IMG/VR virus record: IMGVR_UViG_3300037634_008411
Coordinates: 1-34,561 of that record
DNA length: 34,561 nt
Source of the DNA: a virus
Lineage: Duplodnaviria; Caudoviricetes
Reading direction: 5' to 3' (one strand)
Shown: positions 29,194 to 34,561 of the stretch, in pieces
Position numbering within the stretch: position 1 is the first letter of the stretch
Layout: every line of letters starts with the position of its first letter
Translations under genes and position numbers: made by a program
Notes under the pieces: generated by a model
Databases searched by the model: none
The model's input: only the letters and a program-made list of their open reading frames with translations
What the model was told of the DNA's origin: nothing

Positions 29194-30456
29194 TTATACC
29201 TCCATAAATTCCCAGCTTTTATAATTTTTACGTGTTTGCCACGAACCATATTTTTCGTGTACACCCAACATCAATTCCACCCAGCTTTCTTTAAAACGAT
29301 CAAAATTATAATTTTTTAAGACATGGTTTCGCCCCCGATCTCCGATTTCTTTTAATTCTTGTCTTGGTGTATAATATATTTCTTTTAAAGCATTAATAAA
29401 ATCTTCTTCTGAAACTCTGTCTTCCCATATATAAGGCACGTTTTGACTTCCAACAATTGCCTTGGCCTTTGGTTCTATTGCAACACCAAAAACCTCTTTT
29501 CCATCTGTTACTTGTTCTTGTAAACCACCAGTCATATTGGCAATAATAGGAGTGCCGCACGCAAGAGATTCTAGTGTTGATAAACCAAAACCTTCAGCAT
29601 CAGCAACATTAATCGTGCAATCGGCCATATTATAGATGGCAGAAAGAGCTTGGCCATCAATCTTGTTTGTAGAAAAAAGCACTTGGCCGTTATCCAAGCC
29701 TAATTCACCGACAATTGCACCTAGATTAGGGCCATTTGAATCTGTAGGTTCAGTATGCATTAATAGGGTTGCTTTATCGTGACCCACTTCATCTAAAAAT
29801 TTCTTAAACCACCAAATAACAGAGCCAGACATCTTTCTTCTAGCATTTCTATTATTCCAAAAAAACAAAAATTTGTCATTTTCCCAAGTAGGAAAATTAT
29901 CCTTTTTAATGTCTTTAACCAACTTTTTACCCAAGGGTTTAAAAATATTATGATCAACTGCGTGAGGAAGATATTCGCTTTCTACTTCGGGGCATACCCC
30001 TTTAACAATATCGTATGTTAATTTTGATATTGCAACAATTTTATCAGTTGATAAATACCAAGGTTTATTATACATGGGGAGTGGATAATTATCCCAAACA
30101 TGATAATAAACCATCGGCGCAAGGGGCCTAATTTCATCCTCCATGCACCACAGCCACTCATAAAAACGAGGGTCGGTCATAAACCAAACAATGTCGGGCC
30201 TCGAATTTCTCATCATTGAACGAACAATTTCATTATTCCCAAAATTTTGAACTGGGTAAATAATCCAGTCATCTTTATACCGATCGGTTTTTATAGGATT
30301 TGGAGATGGGTGGTGTATGGCGCCACCAAGACTAACAACTTTAAATTTGCCACTATCCAAGAGTGCCTCAATAACATATTTGCTTTGAGTACCTACCCCA
30401 GAAGGAGTAAGGGGCATGTCCCCCAAGGTTAAAACAGTGATTTTATCTTTTTTCAT
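29194..30456 (-). CDS. GT4 (GT-B) glycosyltransferase
   Basis: Preferred ATGA-coupled start at 30456; PSGVG, NRNARRK, YNMAD, AEGFGLSTLESLACGTPII..TGGLQEQ. Confidence 0.9.
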   Translation of the reverse strand: MKKDKITVLTLGDMPLTPSGVGTQSKYVIEALLDSGKFKVVSLGGAIHHPSPNPIKTDRYKDDWIIYPVQNFGNNEIVRSMMRNSRPDIVWFMTDPRFYEWLWCMEDEIRPLAPMVYYHVWDNYPLPMYNKPWYLSTDKIVAISKLTYDIVKGVCPEVESEYLPHAVDHNIFKPLGKKLVKDIKKDNFPTWENDKFLFFWNNRNARRKMSGSVIWWFKKFLDEVGHDKATLLMHTEPTDSNGPNLGAIVGELGLDNGQVLFSTNKIDGQALSAIYNMADCTINVADAEGFGLSTLESLACGTPIIANMTGGLQEQVTDGKEVFGVAIEPKAKAIVGSQNVPYIWEDRVSEEDFINALKEIYYTPRQELKEIGDRGRNHVLKNYNFDRFKESWVELMLGVHEKYGSWQTRKNYKSWEFMEV

Positions 30457-31217
30457 GTACAATGCTCCGTTTTATAATATTCACAATATTTGCATGAAAG
30501 CCTATTCTTAATATAATTCTTCTTTTTTATATTATAAAGAGCCCCGTTCATAAGTTTAAGTGCATTTCCTGTTTTTTTAGGGCCGCTCGTAACTCTGAAT
30601 ATTTCAACATTATCCTTTTTTGCCGTTCGTTTCAAAAGGGCAAAATAAGTTTCTACGTTTTTCGGGTCGATTCCAGCGGCTTGACAAAAAAAGTTTTTAT
30701 ATAAGGTCAATTGATAAGTAACCATTTTATCGGCTTTCTTTCTAGAATCCCATCCCCACGAACAAGTCTTCCAATCTAATATTATATATTTTTCATTAGG
30801 AAGTTTAAGAACTAAATCTATATAGCCTTTAAAAAAAATATTATCTTCGATCGTTTCATAAAGAGCTAATTCTGTTGCCGCCACTTCGTATTCGGGGAAC
30901 TGTTCTTTTAATTTTGGCATTATTAGCGGAATAATTGCCCTCGATTGGCCGTTCATTTCAATAGCCATTTTTTCATTGAAAGATTTTAAAGACTTAAGTT
31001 GTTTAGCAAATTGTTCCTCAAAAAATGAGAAGGGCTCTATTTCTTCATTATTGCACTGCTTTTCACATACTTCGTGTAGTGCAGTTCCAAATGCGGTATA
31101 TTCATTACCTTGGAACTTTTTAATTTTGTCTATGTAATTTAATTTATGTTTGCGCGGGCATTCAAGCCAAGTTTTTATTTCTGAATAACTGATATGCGTT
31201 TTTTCATTTTGCGTCAT
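30453..31217 (-). CDS. PD-(D/E)XK nuclease, Cas4/AddB-like with putative Fe-S cysteines
   Basis: ISYS...CPRK, GTALH, GYID, ILDWKT, QL.LY, C-terminal CKYC.....C. Confidence 0.88.
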   Translation of the reverse strand: MTQNEKTHISYSEIKTWLECPRKHKLNYIDKIKKFQGNEYTAFGTALHEVCEKQCNNEEIEPFSFFEEQFAKQLKSLKSFNEKMAIEMNGQSRAIIPLIMPKLKEQFPEYEVAATELALYETIEDNIFFKGYIDLVLKLPNEKYIILDWKTCSWGWDSRKKADKMVTYQLTLYKNFFCQAAGIDPKNVETYFALLKRTAKKDNVEIFRVTSGPKKTGNALKLMNGALYNIKKKNYIKNRLSCKYCEYYKTEHCT

Positions 31218-31542
31218 ATTTCCTCTTTATATGCTCTACCACGTCTTTTAGAATATTTTTCCTTGAACGCCTATAAATAGATATTTTTATATTTTTTGCA
31301 TACTTACGTAATTCATTATACGCCATATCGTGGACATTTGCAAGCTCTGTTTTATATTCCCTTTCCTTTTTTTCTTTTAATTCCCTTTCCCTTTTTTCTT
31401 TTAATTTTAAAGCATCCCTTTCTTTTAAAGCCTGATTGGTTTTTTCAAGCTGTTCTTGAATTTTTTTATGAATATTGGTAATTCTACCATCATTGTCTCG
31501 ATACTGCAATATATTTCGCATGCGCCCCTTTTTATCCCTCAT
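31204..31542 (-). CDS. Basic coiled-coil protein with Rho-N/HEH-like C-terminus
   Basis: 112 aa; KE-rich coil followed by DMAYNELRKYAKNIKISIYRRSRKNILKDV. Confidence 0.55.
   Translation of the reverse strand: MRDKKGRMRNILQYRDNDGRITNIHKKIQEQLEKTNQALKERDALKLKEKRERELKEKKEREYKTELANVHDMAYNELRKYAKNIKISIYRRSRKNILKDVVEHIKRKYDAK
31356..31403. repeat. 24-bp in-frame tandem duplication (2 copies, 1 mismatch)
   Basis: attccctttcctttttttctttta / attccctttcccttttttctttta, encoding LKEKRERE / LKEKKERE. Confidence 0.75.
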
Positions 31543-32221
31543 TTGATATTTCCTCCAAGATTTTAATCTTCTTATATAAGGCAGGGCTTACCTTTTTAAT
31601 GTATCTGCGTGTCTCATATTCCGGCTTTAAAAAGTATTTTTCAAAACCTATGGCAAAATATTCTTTTAAAGATGTGACAGAATAAGGCGTCAAAAAAAGG
31701 CCGTTTGTAAAATTAAAAAGTTTTTCATAACCAATCTCTGTATGTAAGTAAGTGTCAATTTTTTTATCATACTTAAGTGACGATTTTAGCTCAAGAGGCG
31801 GCTGCAAGCCATATGACTTAAGTTCAACAAACAATTTTTCCCTCTTTCTTTTAAATTCTTTTTGTAATTCCCCGTTCTCATAAATTATTTTATTATAATG
31901 TTTTTCTATGTGGTGAGCCAATTCATGTATAACATCATCAACAAAATCTTCTTCCGAATCTAACTTATAAGACACATATATAACATTGTTAGAGTAAAAT
32001 GCATTAAATGGCGCGTCTTCGTAAAAAGACATTAAATCTGTTATAACAATTTTTTTTAAACCAACGAAAAATTGATGAGGTGTGAGTTTTTTAATTCTCT
32101 TTGCGGCGCTTGAAACCGATATTGTGAGTGGTGACATCTTGACAATGACGGGAGTCTTGTAAACATAAATTTGTCCCTCCGAACCCTTTTTGTTGCTCAT
32201 ATATTCAATAACATTTTTCAT
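31532..32221 (-). CDS. HExxH zinc metallopeptidase-like protein (lethal factor/MtfA-like zincin)
   Basis: VIHELAHHIE plus downstream YSVTSLKEYFAIGFEKYF (third-ligand Glu pattern). Confidence 0.65.
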   Translation of the reverse strand: MKNVIEYMSNKKGSEGQIYVYKTPVIVKMSPLTISVSSAAKRIKKLTPHQFFVGLKKIVITDLMSFYEDAPFNAFYSNNVIYVSYKLDSEEDFVDDVIHELAHHIEKHYNKIIYENGELQKEFKRKREKLFVELKSYGLQPPLELKSSLKYDKKIDTYLHTEIGYEKLFNFTNGLFLTPYSVTSLKEYFAIGFEKYFLKPEYETRRYIKKVSPALYKKIKILEEISNEG

Positions 32222-33552
32222 AATATTTTAGCCGCCAATGTTGCCACCTTTGAGCGTTCTCCCCTTACAAGGGTTATGTGGCCGGCAATATCGTGTTCCT
32301 TAAACTTTTCCACCGCATAAGTCAAACCATTTGTTGTCTCATCAATATATACATTATCAATCTGTTCGATGTCGCCCATCAAAACAATCTTTGAATTCTC
32401 CCCAACACGGGTAATTACTGTCTTCAATTCGTGCGCAGTCATATTTTGTATCTCATCAACAACAATGAAAGCATTATTAATAGAGCGGCCTCGTATATAA
32501 GTAAGCGCTTCGATTTCGATGATTCCTTCGTCAACATATTCTTTCAAACTATCGCGGCCGTTGCCTAATAAGTACTGCAAATTATCATTAATTGGCGCTA
32601 GCCATGGCGACATTTTTTCTTCTAAGCTTCCGGGCAAATATCCTAAATCCTTACCCATGGGCTGAATGGGACGCGTCACAATAAGTCTATTATATCGCGC
32701 TTGTTTCGGTATTACAGTATGCCAATCGTCCACCGCTTGACAAAGGCCAGCATAAAGCGCTATCATCGTTTTGCCTGTTCCGGCGGGCCCAACCAAGGTG
32801 ACGATATCCACTTTTGGATCCATCAAAAGGTTTAAAGCAAAGTCTTGTTCTTTGTTTCTTGACTTAATTTTCCACTTTTTATTGGAATAATCTATAATGC
32901 TGCCGAGAGGTTTTCTATAATCAAAAAATCTAGCTAAAGCGGTTTTCTTTTCATTGGCTGTTGAAACCAACATTATAAACTCGTTTGGAAATAACGCTAT
33001 TTCGTCCTTATCCAGACAAACTTCTTCTTTCGAATAGAATTTATCAATGATTTGATCATCTACTAGGTGTTTAGTAAAGCCTGTATAAATTTCTGAGCGG
33101 CTACTGACGACTTTTTCATATTCATAATCTTCGCCTAGGATGTTAAGAGCATCACATTTGACCCGCATATTAATATCACGGGAAACAACAACAACCTTTC
33201 TATTGGGGTTATCTTTTTTCTCGCTCAAAGCTGTCGCTAAGATCTGGTTGTCCGGGTCGTTCTCATTGAACCCCGGCGGAAGTAGCCCTAATTCATAGCT
33301 CCTAGCCCGCAGGAGGCCCGCTCCGCGCCTTATTCTCACTCCCCTAGACAAGTTCCCCTTGGAGCGGAGTTCGTCCAGTGTACGGATGATACGGCGGCCG
33401 TTAGAGCCTACGCTATCGTGGCGTTTTTTGTGTTTATCTATTTCTTCAAGGACTTTGATTGGAACAACAATGTCATTATTTCCGTAGGAAAATACTGCAT
33501 CTGAATCCGTTAAATATACGTTGGTGTCTAAGATGTAAGTCTTTTTAGCCAT
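32218..33552 (-). CDS. phoH: PIN-PhoH fusion protein (PhoH2/YlaK-like)
   Basis: N-terminal PIN YILDTNV...EEID...DNQIL...SRDINMR; Walker A GPAGTGKT, LGYLPG, IRGRSI, DEIQN, GD..QID. Confidence 0.93.
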   Translation of the reverse strand: MAKKTYILDTNVYLTDSDAVFSYGNNDIVVPIKVLEEIDKHKKRHDSVGSNGRRIIRTLDELRSKGNLSRGVRIRRGAGLLRARSYELGLLPPGFNENDPDNQILATALSEKKDNPNRKVVVVSRDINMRVKCDALNILGEDYEYEKVVSSRSEIYTGFTKHLVDDQIIDKFYSKEEVCLDKDEIALFPNEFIMLVSTANEKKTALARFFDYRKPLGSIIDYSNKKWKIKSRNKEQDFALNLLMDPKVDIVTLVGPAGTGKTMIALYAGLCQAVDDWHTVIPKQARYNRLIVTRPIQPMGKDLGYLPGSLEEKMSPWLAPINDNLQYLLGNGRDSLKEYVDEGIIEIEALTYIRGRSINNAFIVVDEIQNMTAHELKTVITRVGENSKIVLMGDIEQIDNVYIDETTNGLTYAVEKFKEHDIAGHITLVRGERSKVATLAAKIL

Positions 33553-33554
33553 TC

Positions 33555-34211
33555 TTAAATGATGTCATCAACCAAGCCAAGCTTAACGCACTCATTTGCT
33601 TCTAGCCACAAATCGTGCTTAAGCATCTCATCCAATTTTTTAGGAGATATGGAAGTATATTGGCTGTATAGCTTTTTAATTTTTTTCATTATAAGATCTA
33701 AATTTTTAACCTCGTCTTTGATTTCTTCATACTTACCCCACATTCCCGAAGAAAGCTGGTGGATAAGGATGAAGGCATTCTCTGTCATGTATCTTTTATC
33801 ACCACAAATAGATATTAGGGTTGCGGCAGAGGCTGCCTTACCATCAATGTAGGTATGAACTGGGGTATTACAAAGCTTTATGGTGTCTGCGACGGACAAG
33901 CCGGCAAAGACACTTCCACCACGACTGCTAATGTGAAGTTTGATCGGGGGCGAGTCACATCCATATTTAATTGAGAACAATTTCAAGTCACGATCGAGGC
34001 TACGGATAGCTTTGTTTAACAGTTTTGCGTTGTTTTCAGTTACCTCTCCATAAAAGAGGATTGCATTGTCTATTACTTCCACAGACTGTCCACCGCTATT
34101 GCAATCATCCGATGGGCCCATCAAAAATATGGGCATTTGTCCTTCGTGAGGGCCCTCTTCTTCTTCTATCTTTTTTTCTGTTTTTTTATCAGACCAATAT
34201 ATTCTAGACAT
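33555..34211 (-). CDS. ClpP-like serine protease
   Basis: ISSRGGSVFAG, GKAASAAT, ILIHQ, DLWL.A.EC..LGLVD (Ser-His-Asp triad present). Confidence 0.88.
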   Translation of the reverse strand: MSRIYWSDKKTEKKIEEEEGPHEGQMPIFLMGPSDDCNSGGQSVEVIDNAILFYGEVTENNAKLLNKAIRSLDRDLKLFSIKYGCDSPPIKLHISSRGGSVFAGLSVADTIKLCNTPVHTYIDGKAASAATLISICGDKRYMTENAFILIHQLSSGMWGKYEEIKDEVKNLDLIMKKIKKLYSQYTSISPKKLDEMLKHDLWLEANECVKLGLVDDII

Positions 34212-34220
34212 TTTATTCCT

Positions 34221-34232
34221 TATAGTAAATAG
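34221..34232 (-). promoter_or_regulatory. Candidate phage promoter motif CTATTTACTATA upstream of the ClpP-like gene
   Basis: CTATTTACTATAAGGAATAAAATG lies in one of the few real intergenic gaps. Confidence 0.4.
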
Positions 34233-34250
34233 ATGTTTTTAACGCTTATT

Positions 34251-34561
34251 TTAGATTTCTTCTGGGTTATCCGAAAAATAAACCTCTTCAACCCCCCATC
34301 GTTTTAATTTAAGCTTAAAAAAATCTTCAAACTCTTCACGCGTGGTGAACATTTCAAAGCTCATTTTTCCACGCTTGATTATCCACTGTTTTATTTTTTC
34401 TAAAATATCCATTTTATTGAAAACGACCTTGTTAACGCCGTTTATTTTGATAGATTTTTCTAAAAAGGGTAGTTCTAGCCACCCGCACTGACGATTCCGG
34501 CCAGTGGTGGCGCCATATTCCTTTCCGATTTCTCTAATTTTAGTAAAAATGGGGTTATTTA
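34251..34561 (-). CDS. purA: Adenylosuccinate synthetase, C-terminal part (5'-truncated by window edge)
   Basis: Manual translation ...IREIGKEYGATTGRNRQCGWLE...INGVNKVVFNKMDIL...FSDNPEEI*; not in the ORF track. Confidence 0.85.
   Translation of the reverse strand, partial: NNPIFTKIREIGKEYGATTGRNRQCGWLELPFLEKSIKINGVNKVVFNKMDILEKIKQWIIKRGKMSFEMFTTREEFEDFFKLKLKRWGVEEVYFSDNPEEI

Noticed and set aside
16389-30456. Ordinary bacterial O-antigen locus
   Set aside because: No flippase, polymerase, ligase or initiating transferase, and the genes are tightly coupled with phage genes on both sides.
30453-31217. CRISPR-Cas component
   Set aside because: A solo Cas4-like nuclease is common in phages; no array or other cas genes seen.
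48-34207. All plus-strand ORFs in the track
   Set aside because: Short antisense shadows of long, motif-bearing minus-strand genes, with no recognisable motifs.
34251-34561. PurZ (2-aminoadenine genome system)
   Set aside because: The visible motif EYGATTGRxRxCGW is PurA-type and no datZ/mazZ is in the window; the N-terminal diagnostic residue is not visible.
1-34561. Stop-codon reassignment, tRNAs, introns/inteins, DGR or IS elements
   Set aside because: Genes are intact in the standard code with TAA, TAG and TGA all used as stops; there is almost no intergenic space; no RT, transposase or intein motifs seen. The apparent 1-4873 gap is an edge-truncated gene.
1-34561. Eukaryotic giant virus origin
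   Set aside because: SD motifs, ATGA/TAATG coupling, a sigma-like factor and contractile-tail baseplate genes indicate a prokaryotic tailed virus.

Overview
This window is a segment of a large tailed dsDNA phage genome (contractile-tail, myovirus/jumbo-like; host unknown). It is AT-rich and densely packed, every credible gene is on the minus strand, and the standard genetic code fits. In transcription order (right to left) it has four parts. (1) Auxiliary genes: partial PurA, ClpP-like protease, PIN-PhoH, HExxH peptidase and a Cas4-like nuclease. (2) A ~14 kb glycosylation island: two GT4 and four GT-A/GT2-like transferases, WbpB/E/D/I-like enzymes for 2,3-diacetamido-uronic acids, a Bordetella WbmH-like SDR, an amidotransferase, and formyl-, methyl- and SGNH tailoring enzymes. 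(3) Small genes plus a sigma-like factor. (4) A baseplate module: spike-like protein, two Cys-rich proteins, gp25, gp6/J, a DNRLRE-like protein and a >1600 aa LamG/gp7-like protein that the ORF track missed. The best candidate for a new system is a phage-encoded O-antigen-like diamino-uronamide glycan pathway with no membrane or export components, next to virion proteins rich in [ST]-[GAS]-S motifs, which suggests virion glycosylation. All family calls come from motif recognition; no searches were run.
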